A stretch of 64,000 bases of DNA, taken from NCBI GenBank assembly GCA_030390025.1, contig CM059432.1, positions 67,644,001-67,708,000 of the forward strand, given 5' to 3'. This DNA comes from Squalus acanthias. Lineage: Eukaryota. A program made the translations under genes and the position numbers. The notes under the pieces are model-generated. The model made no database searches. It was not told the origin of the DNA and saw only the letters and a list, made by a program, of their open reading frames with translations. This document shows, piece by piece, positions 26,240-39,345 of this stretch; positions within the stretch are counted from its first letter, which is position 1; every line of letters starts with the position of its first letter.

Positions 26240-26715
26240 ATGACACTCAAGAAGCTCGACACCATCCAAGACAAAGCAGCCTGCTTGATTAGGCACCCCA
26301 TCCACCACCTTAAACATTCAGTTCCTCCAGCACCATACCGTGGCTGCAGTGCGTATCATCTACGAGATGCACTGCAGCAACTTACCAAGAGCTCTTCGGC
26401 AGCACCTCCCAAATCCGTGACCTTTTCCAACTATAAGGACTAAGGCAGCAGGCGCATGGGAACACCACCACCTCCAAGTTCCCCTCCAAGTCACACACCA
26501 TCCTGACTTGGAAATATATCGCCGATCCTTCATCGTTGCTGGGTCAAAATCCTGGAACTCCCTCTCTAACAGTACTGTGGGAGTACCTTCACCACACGGA
26601 CCGCAGTGGTTCAAGAAGACGGCTCACCACCACCTTCTCAAGGGCAACTAGGAACGGGCAATAAATGCTGGTCTTGCCAGCGACGCCCACATCCCAGGTA
26701 CTAATAAAAAAAAAT
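26240..26715 (+). mobile_element. 3' fragment of the SINE-headed LINE family
   Basis: TLKKLDTIQDKAA..., tail gccagcgacgcccacatccc followed by poly(A). Confidence 0.85.
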
Positions 26716-27319
26716 GAGACTCCACACTTGTAATAGTTAATTTTCTGTGCCTAAGAGGTTGTTTGGCAGTAATTAACACTTATCACATCGTTAAAAGGGT
26801 GCTTAGACTGGAATAGATGAGTTTAGTTCATATCTACCGTGCATATACAGCAACTTCATGCCATTCAATGCAATTCAATGGTGAAGCAGACAGCGAGTTG
26901 GCATTTTTGCAAAGTTAATGGCGGAGCGGCACAACTCAGACAGCAACTTTCGGATATTTGAGTTTAACCATGCATCTGCCCCTCCCTTGAAGTTGATGTG
27001 CCAATTATGCATAATTAATGGCAAGCGCCTTTAGCCTCACTTAATTTGACAGCATATTATGACCCATTAACTTGTGTGTTCTCTCCACAAATGGTGACTG
27101 TTAATGTTGCTAGAACTAGAAAATTTGATGACACCGTACATTTGTTGCACTGATAGTCTATCAAGTACTAGAGAGATCATTTTTAGCATATGGGGCTGAT
27201 AATACAGTTACAGGGAGCAGGTGCACTGATTTCTGGACTCTTGTGTGCATCTGTGGTGGTATAAAATGTAATTGTGCTTAAATGCAAGGCCAGCTCTTTC
27301 ACATAATATGGCAACATAC

Positions 27320-27430
27320 CTAGTGCACAGTGCATGAAGCAAAGGGGTGTGTTTTCTGATTTGTTGAGATGCACCATTCCCTGCAGGGAGTATTTGATCA
27401 CAGAACCATCCTTTTTTTTATACATTGAAT
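27320..27430 (-). CDS. Candidate internal coding exon (SMYKKKDGSVIKYSLQG...CFMHCAL)
   Basis: Acceptor ttttttctgtatttgctttag and donor G|gtatgt; 111 nt, open only in phase 1. Confidence 0.45.
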
Positions 27431-27651
27431 CTAAAGCAAATACAGAAAAAAGAGGTCTTGAAATTCCACCATGAAATACAAACACTTCACAAGTTCATCT
27501 GTAATTGCTCTTTTTGCTATTTTAACAAGCAAGAGACAAACCAAGAAAGGAAGGAATGTAATGAATGCTGAAACACAGCATAGAATATCCATGAAAATTG
27601 TAGGAGTGCAAAGTTTTCCATTGCTCCCCGCCTCCAAGACAAAAGCATAAT

Positions 27652-28396
27652 GGCCCTGAAATTCGCCTCTCCGGCTTGCCGCGGGGGTAAGGATCGCACG
27701 CGCACTTACCTACCGCGCCTGCCGTTGTGTTTTGGGCCCACGGGAACTTCAGCTCCTGGTCCTGCTCCAAGTGCCGGCGCGCAGTGCTTGCGTGTCCCAG
27801 GGGCGCAGTTAGTGCGATGCGTCCCCTGGGATCACGTGGGCCATGGAGAGCCAATGGCAGCAGACCATCTTTCATTCATAGATTTGACAGGAAGACCTGT
27901 CAAATGTATGAATTGAAATCGGCCCCAAAAGAACAGCTAAACTTAAAATAAATTAAAAACAACCCATCACATTTATAAAATAACCACTTTAAACAAAAAT
28001 TTAAATTTTTGAAAAAATTAAAATACTTTTTAACAGTGCTAAAAATAAACTTACCTTTCTTTAAAGTATCTAAAAAAGATAAACCTGTTGAAAATTTTTT
28101 TAAATTATACTTAATTAACCACTTACCTTGTTGAAAACGGGTCCTGCGCCTCCTTTTTAAAAGCGCAGGTTCTTCAATACTTACCCTCCCGTAGAAACCT
28201 GAAAAAAAACCTAAGTTTGCTGCGTGCGCGCAGCCTCTACCGCGCACGCGGTTCACCTATGAACCACCCCCTTCACCAGACCGGAAGTTCCGGTTTCCCG
28301 CGCATGCGCAGTGCATGCAGGAAACCGACACTTCGGGACGCCTTACGGGTGAGTACACAGTGCGTACTCACCTGGGAAGGGCCGAATTTTTGGCCC
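27652..28396. mobile_element. Harbinger-type MITE, family X copy 2
   Basis: TIRs GGCCCTGAAATTCG / CGAATTTTTGGCCC; TSD AAT/AAC. Confidence 0.88.
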
Positions 28397-29234
28397 AACA
28401 AAACTGAAAATGGTTGGCCAATTTTCAGTTTATTTCTGAATGGCCAAATTTTGCCAAATTGGGATAATTTTGGTTAAGGCAAATTATCTCCATGTTGTTA
28501 CTGTGGCCCCAAAATTCCTGGGCCTGGGAAGATGCTGCAGTGACGTAAGATGGACACTGAGGCCACTGGGTCTATGCCCCTTTTTTAAATAATCAAAGAA
28601 TTCCGATGGAAGTGGGGCTGAGCCCACCTTGCTGTCATTACAAGGGGTGGCGGACTGACATCACTCGCCAAAAATCCTGCCAGTTACATCTCCTCTGCCC
28701 CAGTGTAAAATGCACTTGCAAGATGCATGATGCTAGCATACCATCTTGTTGGAGGTGGGGCCCACAATGTTAATTTCCTAACCACAGCTGATTGCCCTGT
28801 GATTGATTGCTGCTGGGAAAACTACTACTGAAAAATTGATCACTTTTTAAAAAGCATGTTTGATTGGAAATCCTCCCTCCCTCTTTCAGATAGAGGAAGT
28901 CTCTCTTTCCAGTAATTAAATTTATTATTGACCGTTTCATATCTTCGTGCGCAGAATTTCAGCTTATATCAGGGATTTTACTTGTACCACGGGACTTTAA
29001 TTGACGCATGTGATAAAAAAAAATCATGTTAAATTAGTAACAGGTATTCCAGTTACTGATCTGTAGATGAAATGGTTAGGCTTTTCATTTGTAATCCACA
29101 AATCAGAGAATTATTGTTTACTTTTATAGTTTAATATGCTATCATTTATTATTTTACTTCACTTATTATATGAAAATTCCATAGATGTTGGCTGTATGTG
29201 GAACTGTACTCCAACATGGATCAGCACCTAGAGT

Positions 29235-29432
29235 CGTAGAATCATAGAATGGTTACAGCACAGAAGGAGGCCATTCTGCCCGTCGAGCCTGTGCTGGCTC
29301 TCTGCAAGAGCACTTCAGCTAGTCCCACTCCCCCGCCCTTTCCCTGTAGCCCTGCAAAAAAAATTTCCTTCAGGTACTTATCCAATTCCCTTTTGAAAGC
29401 CACGATTGAGTCTGCCTCCACCACCCTTCAGA
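29235..29432 (-). mobile_element. CR1 3' end fragment
   Basis: VEADSIVAFKRELDKYL followed by CR1 tail. Confidence 0.85.
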
Positions 29433-29999
29433 GGAGGAAAGCATAAAATAAATCTGAAAAGGCATTTTTTAAAAGAATTTAAACAAAGAAATAAAGTGGC
29501 TTGTAAATCTGCGGGGGGAAGGGAGGGGGTTGTGGTGGGGGAAGGGGGGTGCACGTGCTGGCGTGAGTGCCAAGATTCAGTCACCTGGCACTTCCACCTC
29601 TGATCCTCCCAAAGTTTGCAGCATTAGAGGAAGATCCCGGGGCTATTTCTGTGTCCCTACTGCCCCATTTGCGCTCAAGAACAGGGCAGTAGTAGGACCA
29701 AAATAATACATGCAACAGAACCGCTGACTTATCACTGTGTTCCCACCTGTGCCAGTTTTTGGGGGGCTCACAATCCAGGCAGCCAGAGCTCTTGGCGAAA
29801 ACAGGTGGGAGCCTCACGAATATATTCTAATTGGGTCAAAGAAAATAGCTACGACCACCAATACCATTTTCTTTGTCTGCCTGTTTACCACCAGTTTGTG
29901 TTCATGCCCATCAAATATGGTCAAGATATCTAGAATCGAATCATCCGCCTGCGGGACCAGTGAAAACAACCCAAATTGCCCTTTCAATATTTGTCCCAC

Positions 30000-31455
30000 A
30001 CCTTACCTTCCCTCTTTTACTGACCATCACAACATCCTCTTGGCCACAATGCTGAAATAAAAGCCACCACAAAGCAAACATTCCAATCCAACTTTATCCA
30101 TATGTGCATCCAATATTACATCAAAAAATCAACAAATCTCACTTGTGCATTCCCTTAGTGATTGTCTTGCACATGCCTTTGCCTATCCTAGTGCTCTTAC
30201 GCAGTGCTACCCTAATGGCTGTAGCACGGCTGGTGGAAGGCTGCTGACTTTCAGTGGGGAAGACTGCAGATGGCCTTGCAGGACGACCTCAAAGAGCTGG
30301 TCGCTGGGAGTGTGAAATCGAGTGACGGCGTTCATTCTTCTTCTTCACTCTCCTCTCCTTCTTCTTGATCACCCATTGACTGGGTAGGCTGGATTTCTTG
30401 GGTGTCTGAAATGAGGAAGGCACAAGGTAGGGTCGTGGTGAGGGGAGTCAGGTAAAGCAAGAGCTGCATGCTTACACCATGTGCAGCTTGTAAATCAGAA
30501 GATATTGTGGGATGAAGGGGAAGTGGGATGTGAGAAGGAGGATAACGTATGAGGATACCAGCACCTTGTATTCTTTCAGCCCCACCGCTGGCCAAGGGCT
30601 CAGCCATGCCCCTGCCAAGAATGGCTAGCACTGTCTTCTCCAAGGGGTGAGGTGATGCTAGGAGTGTGAGGTGTCCCTCGTGTTTGCTAGAGATTGTTGG
30701 TAGGTGAGTGAAATGGGTGGGGTCGTGCTTTGAGCAATGTGTGAGGCTAGTGCTGCAGTTGGTAGAAGACGGCTTTGGAAGATACAATCACTGACCTTGA
30801 CCACTTGTCTAAGGCCATGAAACTTCTTTGGGAACTGTGGCCAGGTCCTGGGGGCAACACTGCTGACAGTGACCGCTTCGGCGATCTGGTCCCACATCCT
30901 TCTTTCTGGAGGGCCTCCTGGCCAATGTTCCATCTTAATTTTTTTTGGGTGCGTGGCACCTTTAAGGGGCTGCATGGCCCATTCACAGTTTCGTGCAAAC
31001 TTTACACTGAAAAAGCTGGTCCCGGGCTGCGCAGCCGTGCATCTTATAGGGAACATTGCTCCTTGGCCCCCTGTAGGTAGTGGACCGCACTTCCAGTGTG
31101 GACCCCCTGCACAAAGCTGAAGTGCTGTGTGCGAGACCCTGGGGGCCCTTTCCCTGGCGGCCCTTTCCCTGGCCAGTTGAGCCATTTGGGTTTGTGCTGA
31201 AGCACTTTTACCATTTTTCATCAGCAGAAGGCGCTCACCTTTAAGAGGTGCAGACTATCTTTAAGAGGTGCTGGCTAGCTTTAAGTAAAGCTAGCCTCGC
31301 TCGAACCTCGGGAACTTCAGCCCCCTGTCAGCAACACGTTCAGTGCTAGGCTGTGCACTACAACCATTATAATTAGCAGGCAGCACGAAGTTGACGTACA
31401 GCCTGCGCATCACGGTGCCCGCGCCTGTTTTTCAGCGGTATGGAATTTTACCCCC
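30000..31455 (-). mobile_element. PIF/Harbinger relic (Myb/SANT gene side)
   Basis: ORF 30658-31221 (ARERAPR...WDQIAEAV...RTWPQFPKKFHGL); TIR-like ggaattttaccccc at 31455. Confidence 0.7.
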
Positions 31456-31577
31456 ATTGTTCGGTGGCTGGTGGACGATTCGAGACTATCCAATCTTTGG
31501 CTGTCTGACATATACTGACTTATATCTTTGACATAAATTGACTTATATGTTGTTCGTTGTGCTCTGCATGACAGTTT

Positions 31578-34500
31578 GGGAGCGATTTTCCCTGGATATT
31601 TTAAGCACTAAAGAGTCGCCAAGATCGCCAAGACAGGGTCTTGATCTGCAAAACCTGGTTAGCACGCCTTTAGCACAAGACACCATCTTGGTAAAGGAGT
31701 TGAAGCGGCACTAGGAACGGCCGCCCCGAGGATCATTAAGGCTCTGTTGCCAATTAAAGTGGCTTCTAATGCTCATTAAAGAGGCTGTGCGCCATTTTGC
31801 TGGCTAACGCTGCAATTAATGACCTCTCCTAACAGTGACCAGCTGAATAGGAGTAAAAGAGTCGTTGCTGAACATTGCAAGCGCGAATTAAAGCCATACT
31901 TAGCTTTCACTGTTCATTTACTGCTGGGGATCGACTGGCCACACTGCGTTTGAAGAGAACTTTTGATACACATCGGGAGACTTTCTGGGGCACTTTGTCA
32001 AGTTCTCTGAGGAATTCACCTAAAGAGAGTGAGTGCTGTGCTACTCTACCTTAGTGGAGACCTTATAAGAGTCACCAGGAGAAAGTGAGAGTTTGGTCAT
32101 GGGGATCTTGATAGAGGTCCCTCTTGGTCTGGAGGAGGAATGGGAGGAGGAATGAGAGGAGGAGATGAGGCCATGCAGAACAGCACCAGCTGCTGAAGGA
32201 GAGAGGGAGAGGAGAGACAGGAGGGTGAAGAGGGCTCCAGATTTGTGGTGACTTGCTGCATGCTCCACAATCTGGCGATCATGAGACCAGCCAATACCAC
32301 CAGCAATTGTGCCAGAGGGTCAAGCTCGGGAACCACAAGAGAAGGAGGAGGAAGAGGAGGAGGTTAAGAAGGAGGAGAAATACAAGGGGGACCAGAGGGA
32401 GCACCAGAGGATTCCAGCAGCCCACACCTAGGAGGGACGCTGGTCGCCATCTAATTGAAGACCGCTTTTAAGAGATGTCCTCCACCAACAGACTTCGGAG
32501 CACTATTGCCACATGCCTTACCTTCCGCAACTGAGGATCCATCAAGAAGTCCACCATCTGCACTCAATCCTTTCAACCCCTTCCCCATGAACAACACAAT
32601 AAAAAAGACCATCAATTCCAGCACTACACAATTACCATAATCAAACTTTATCTAGAGCAAACATAAACAATGAAAACATGACACTGCTAACATCACTTAC
32701 AAATTTTAAACTATTCAACCTGGTGCTTACCCTTAATAACTATCCTATAAGTGCTTTTGCCTACGCTGGTGATTTTACGAAGTGCAACCCAAGTTGCAGC
32801 AGCACGCAAGGTAGATGGCTGCTGAGATTCTGAAGAGGGCAGTTCAGGTGTCCTCCTGAGAAGCCTGAGAGAGGCTGTGGGCTGTGATGGCCCTGCCTCA
32901 GACTGCACCATCTCAGCATGGGTTTGAGCAGTCTGGGGCACCTAGCTGACAGGCAACTGCAAGGGCAATGGTGGAGTGCCGGGGGAGGGCGCAGCAATGC
33001 TGCCATCCAGAGAGAGGCCAGTAGGTTCCTGCTCCATGATTCATACGCTACTACCTCGGGGCGTCTGTTCAGCCCGCCCACTGATCTGCTGGAGGACAGA
33101 TCTCAGCATGCTGGGACACTCTGCAAGGCCCTTTCAACCGAGGAGCCCAGAGCCACCATGGCAGCTGCCTGAGCTTCTATTGCAGCACTTTGCTGTTCCA
33201 TGGATGATGCTGGTAGTGCAATGGAAGCTGTTTGGGCTTCCATTGCAGCACTTTATCGTTCCATGAAAGCTGTTTGGCATTTCCAGGTGCATGCGACTGT
33301 GATGATCTGTGTTCTACCCTAGCATCTAAGTTACCCGTGGTGCCAGTCCTGAGCTGGCGTCTGTTACAGTGGTAGCAATTGACTCAGTGCCTTCTTCCTC
33401 GCTCTCCTCCACCACTTCCTCTGGGGGGCAAGATGGCTCTTCCTCCTTGTAGAATTCGCAAAATTATCGCGATTTTATAAAATAAGAAGGAGACATAAAG
33501 TTTCGTACAAACAGCTTTATTTCAGCAGAATGCTGTCAGGTTTTCAAAGCGGACACAAACAGCCTGTAAAATGGCCGCCACGCCTTGTGGCAGAACGTTC
33601 TATACTTTCAATGAGCAGACAAGATGGCGTTCCAATAAACATTTGTGCAAGATCGTACAGGACTCAGCACATTTGAGATAATTGACAAGACATGATGGGT
33701 TTGCATTTTATACATAAATACTGGAATCGGTCTCCCAGGTGCGAATAAGGGCTATTGTACCGAGCGATCAAGAACCCATCCAAAGACATTAATATGCAAA
33801 ATCCCCACGACTCTACGATGAAAGAGCCGTTTGCGGGTAGTTACAGAAAGCATTTGGAAGCCCCAAAACCCTTCCAGGGAGACTACTAGCCGGTTCCACA
33901 ATGGGAGAAGTATTAACGGGTACTCAGACAGTTACAAGTATCACCGAAACCCATTAAAAACGGAGATCACCCTATACAAGAAGTTTGAGCGCCAAAAACC
34001 TGACAAAAGATAGACATTAAGATTGGGCGGGAAAAGAGGAATTACAGCACTATAACTGTAAGGTACAACCGTCCATCTGTCTCTTGCCTCTCTTGCCTCC
34101 TGCTACTCTTGCTGCTGACTGCTGTCTCTGCTTCTTTTTGCACTTGCTGCTTTGACTCGCTGGAAGACTGTTGAACTTTTATTCTCTTGCCTGACGGCTC
34201 TGGACTCTGATCCGCTAGGATCAACCTCGTGGCTTGCCGCGAAGATCTGTGTAGAACTGGGCTGTGAGGCCTTGAAACGGGCACACCATCCCGAGAAGTC
34301 GGTAAACGGTGTTGGAACCGAAGCCCCGAGATGAGATGAGATGAGATGAGAAGAGAAGAAGACAACAATATGTATCGCCACTGTCAGTAAGCCCCGACCG
34401 CGCCTGTAGGTCGAATAAACACTTTCCTTGCCCAGGAAGACCATTCTTTGAGTTTTACAAACTGGTGAGGGCACAGGAAGACTCTTTTTCGAGTAGTATC

Positions 34501-35750
34501 GGAACTCCGAGGACAACACAGATCTTCATGACAGCAGACGGTCCAGCCTGCTAGCCGGAGCAGAAACGAGTAAACAAGTGGGGTACAGAGACCCCTGATC
34601 AACACGTGGGTAGTCAGGCGCTGCGGTAAAAACATCCGAGCAGAGTTTCGGAATTCTCCGAGTTATCACGAGTGGTGAGCATGAGTCTCGATCCTACAAA
34701 TCTAGTTTAGGACAGGTATTGATAGGGGAGGGTTTAAGTTTTAAGGATAATTGTAATGTGTGCCCCCTTTTACGATGTGTCATGCGCTCCTCGTTTCCCT
34801 AAGATTAGTTACATAACTGTGTGTAAGATTGTACTGTCATTAATCTGTGCTTATGACATGTATCTCGTAATCTTGAATAATATGCAATAAAGATTTTCCA
34901 TTTCGCACTATTCAACCGGGTCTACCTGAGTTTTCTCTGCATTATTGCTCTCGCACCTAAGTCCAGTGTCAGAACCGTAAGGGCGAGTGGGTCGAACCAC
35001 TCACAGGTGTCTAGTGTTACCAGGCTGGCTGGAGACCAGAACAGGCAACAAGGCCTAACCTCGCACTAGCACCCAGGCTAAGCACAGAGCTGCAGGTCAC
35101 CCCTTACATCCGCTTCCAGATCCTCCGGGGGGTGAGGTGGATCTTGCTCCTGGGAGCTTGCAATGATCAAGCTAGATGGGTTAGGGTGCAGGGTGTGTGG
35201 CCACTATAGGACGATGTGTGTGATGAGATCATATGGAGCGTGTGAGTGCGGATAGGTTTGGGGATTAGGGAGCAGGAATGGTTGTGGATATATAAGGAAG
35301 CTGGAGTGGCCACATACCTCGAGGCAATATGTCCCCTGCTCTGCCTGTGGCCATGGTGCATGCTGCTCCCCTCCCGATCTCCGCCAGCACTGCCTCCTCA
35401 AGGGGAGTGATCTCGTGCAGTTTTGCCTCCCCTCCCCCGGTCAGGTCCTGCTGGCACCTGTTATGTGCTACCTTGTCCTGGAAGAGAAAGAGTGGCGATT
35501 GTGAATGAGTGTTGGCATGCGATGCCTCACATGATTTATAGAATCATAGAAATTTACGGCATAGAAGGAGGCCATTCAACCCATCGTGTCTGTGCCGGAA
35601 AGCCAGCTGAAGTGCTGTGAGATGTGTCTGAGGTGTAAGAGGTGCCTGTGAAAGATGCAATAGTGCAGAGTGTGTGAATGTTAGTGTGCAGTTAGATGGT
35701 GGATGAAATGTGTTGAAGTTGTTATGTTGGTGGTGGTGGTGCAGTTATTG
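31578..35750. mobile_element. Degenerate PIF/Harbinger element interrupted by LTR 33448-35108
   Basis: Transposase N-terminal remnant on + (about 32100-32560); convergent Myb-gene remnants on -, similar to 30100-30750 and 59000-59700. Confidence 0.55.
33448..35108 (+). mobile_element. Solo LTR, family 1 copy 2
   Basis: Reverse complement of 1292-2963; TSD TCCT/TCCG; ATTGG/GCGGGAAA at about 34022-34035, TATAA at 34051, AATAAA at 34886. Confidence 0.9.
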
Positions 35751-35974
35751 AGAAGTGTGTTTGTGACATGGTTGCATTTATTTCCAACACCAGATCTCTG
35801 ATTGGTCATCTTGAAGGCAACACCTGATTTCTGATTGGTCCCCTTGGAGGACAAGACACACCCAGCAGTTTATCTGGAAAGTGTTGTTAGATCCTGCCTG
35901 CTTAAGTAATCAATTAGTTTGCAAAGTGTAATTTGAGCCATTCTGACTGCCTTGCCCCAGACAGAACAGAGCTC

Positions 35975-36316
35975 ACATAAGAACATAAGAAATAGGAGCA
36001 GGAGTAGGCCATTCGGCCCCTCGAGCCTGCTCTGCCATTCAATAAGATCATGGCTGATCTGATCTTGGCCTTAACTCCACTTTCCTGCCTGTTCCCCATA
36101 ACCCTTGACTCCCCTGTAGCTCAAATATCTGTCTATCTCCGCCTTGAATTTATTCACTGACTCAGCCTCCACAGCTCTCTGGGGTAGAGAATTCCAAAGA
36201 TTCACGACCCTCTGAGAGAAGAAATTCCTCCTCATCTCCATCTTAAAAGGGCGACCCCTTATCCTGAAACTATGCCCCCTAGTTCTAGATTCCCCCACGA
36301 AGGGAAACATCCTCTC
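35975..36316 (-). mobile_element. CR1 3' fragment
   Basis: RTRGHSFRIRG...FFSQRVVNLWNSLP followed by tail. Confidence 0.9.
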
Positions 36317-36324
36317 GTCCTTAA

Positions 36325-39300
36325 GGGAACAGTAGAGTAGTGGTAATGTCACTGGGCTAGTAATCCAGAGGCCTGGATTAATGATGCAGAGATGTGAGTT
36401 CAATTTAAATTCAGTTAATTAAACAAATCTGGAATAATTACTAGTATCAGGCTCACTAATGTCCTTTAGGAAGGAAATCTGCTGTCCTTACCTGGTCTGG
36501 CCTATATGTGACTCCAAGACCCACAGCAATGTGGTTGACTCTTAACTGCCCTCTGAAATGGCCTAGCAAGCCACTCAGTTGTAACCGGACGGACCACCCA
36601 ACATCGACCTCGGCACGGCACACACGGCCCAGTTGACCCTGCAAAGTCCTCCTCACCAACATCTGGGGACTTGTGCCAAAATTGGGAGAGTTGTCCCACA
36701 GAATCATACCTTTCAGCCAATGTTCCAAAATCCTCCATACAGTCGGGAAGGAGTGGTCCTGGGAGTTCTCAACATTGACTCATTTCTCCAGGGCAAGGAA
36801 ACCTCCTACCACCTATGGCCCGGTGAATCAGTACTCCTCCAGGTTGAACACCACTTGGAAGAAGCACTGAGTGTAGCAAGGGCACAGAATGTACTCTGGG
36901 TGGGGCACTTCAATGTCCATCACCAAGAGTGGCTGGGTAGTGCCACTACTGGCCGAGTCCTGAAGGACATAACTGCCAGTCTGGGCCTGTAATAGGTGGT
37001 GAGAGAACCAACACGAGGGGAAAAACCTACTTGATCTTGTCCTCACCAACCTACCTGTCGCAGATGCATCTGTCCATGACAGTATTGGTAGCAGTGACCA
37101 CCGCACAGTCATTGTGGAGACGAAGTCCCATCTTCAAACTGAGGACACCCCCCATCGTGTTGTGTGGTAGCACCACCGTGCTAAATGGGATAGATTCAGA
37201 ACAGATCTAACAGCTCAAAACTGGAAATCCATGAGGTGCTGTGGGCCATCAGCAGCAGCAGATTTGTATTCCACCACAATCTGTAACGTCATGGCCCGAC
37301 ATATCCCTCACTCTACCATTACCATCAAGCCAGGGGACCAACCCTGGTTCAATAAGGAGTGTAGAAGAGCATGCCAGGAGCAGCACCAGGCATAGCTAAA
37401 AATGAAGTGCCAACCTGGGGAAGCTGCAACACAGGACTACATGCATGGTAAAAAGCGGAAGCAGCATGCTATAGACAGGGCTAAGCGATCCCACAATCAA
37501 CGGATCAGATCAAAGCTCTGCAGTCCTGCCACATCCAGTCGTGAATGGTGGTGGACCATTAAACAACTAACGGGAGGAGGAAGCTCCATGAATATCCCCA
37601 TCTTCAATGATGGTAGAGCCCAGCATGTGAGTGCAAAAGACAAGGTTGAAGTATTTGTATCCATCTTCAGCCAGAAGTGCCGAGTGGATGATCCATATCG
37701 GCCTACTCCTGAGGTCCCCACCATCACAGAAGCCAGTATTCAGCCAATTCGATTCACTCCACATATCAAGAAACGGCTCAGCGCACTGGATACAGCAAAG
37801 GCTATGGGCCACGACAACATCCCAGCAATCGTGCTAAAGACTTCTGCTCCAGAACTAGCCGCGCCTCTGGCCAAGCTGTTCCAGTACAGCTATAACACTG
37901 GCATCTATCCGACAATGTGGAAAACTGCTCAGGTATGTCCTGTCCACAAAAAGCAGGATAAATCCAACCCGGCCAATTACCGCCCCATCAGTCTACTCTC
38001 AATCACTAGCAGAGTGATGGAAGGTGTCATCGACAGTGCTATCAAGTGGCACTTACTCACCAATAACCTGCTCACTGATGCCCAGTTTGGGTTCCGCCAA
38101 GACCACTCGGCTCCTGACCTCATTACAGCCTTGGTCCAAACATGGACAAAGGATCTGAATTCCAGAGGTGAGGTGAGACTGACTGCCCTTGACATCAAGG
38201 CAGCATTTGACCGAGTGTGGCATCAAGGAGCCCTAGTAAAACTGAAGTCAATGGGAATCGGGGGGGGGGTGGGAAATTCACAACTGGCTGGAGTCATACC
38301 TAACACAAAGGAAGATGGTTGTGGTGGTTGGAGATCGATCATCACAGCCCCAGGACATCGCTGCAGGAGTTCCTCAGGGCAGTGTCCTAGGCCCAACCAT
38401 CTTCTGCTGCTTCATCAATGACCTTCCCTCAACATAAGGTAAAAAATGGGGATGTTTGCTGATGACTGCACAGTGTTCAGCACCATTCACAACTCCTCAG
38501 ATAATGAAGCAGTCCATGCCCGCATGCAACAAGACCTGGACGACGTTCAAACTTGGGCTGATAAGTGGCAGGTAACATTTGCGCCACAGAAGTGCCAGGC
38601 AATGACTATCTCCAACAAGCGAGAGTCTGACCACCTCCCCTTGACATTCAACGGCATTACCATCACTGAATCCCCCACCATCAACATCCTGGGGGTCACC
38701 ATTGACCAGAAACTTAACTGGACCAGCCACATAAATACTGTGGCAACAAGAGCAGGTCAGAGGCTAGGTATTCTGCGGCAAGTGTCTCACCTCCTGACTC
38801 CCCAAAGCCTTCCCACCATCTACAAGGCATAAGTAAGGAGTGTGATGGAATACTCTCCACTTGCCTGTTGAGTGCAGCTGCAACAACACTCAAGAAGCTC
38901 GACATCATCCAGGAGAAAGCAGCCCATTTGATTGGCACCCCATCCACCACCTTAAACGTTCACTCCACTACCGGCGTACCGTGGCTGCAGTGTGTACCAT
39001 CTACAAGATGCACTGCAGCAACTCGCCAAGGCTTCTTCGGCAGCACCTCCCAAAACCGCGACCTCTTCCACCGAGAAGGACAAGGTCAGCAGGCGCATGG
39101 GAACACCACCACCTCCAAGTTCCCCTCCAAGTCACACACCATCCTGACTTAGAAGTATATCGCCGATCCTTCATCGTCGCTGTGTCAAAATCCTAGAACT
39201 CCCTCCTTAACAGCACTGTGGGAGTACCTTCACCACACGGACTGCAGCGGTTCAAGAAGGCAGTTCACCACCACCTTCTCAAGGGCAACTAGGGATGGGC

Positions 39301-39345
39301 AACAAATGCTGGCCTTGCCTGCGACGCCCAGATCCCATAAGCAAT
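36325..39345 (+). mobile_element. CR1-group LINE with tRNA/SINE-like 5' head, copy 2
   Basis: Starts GGGAACAGTAGAGTAGTGG; APE and RT ORF pieces at 36633-39196 including FADD; same tail as 18525. Confidence 0.88.

Larger units (their letters stand above)
24940..27065. mobile_element. Older Harbinger-type MITE carrying two nested insertions
   Basis: TIRs GGGCCATAATTTGCTG / CAGCATATTATGACCC; an inverted fragment of the family lies at about 11790-11978. Confidence 0.7.

Noticed and set aside
36325..36400. tRNA-like sequence
   Set aside because: Retroposon head with truncated T arm; no complete cloverleaf.
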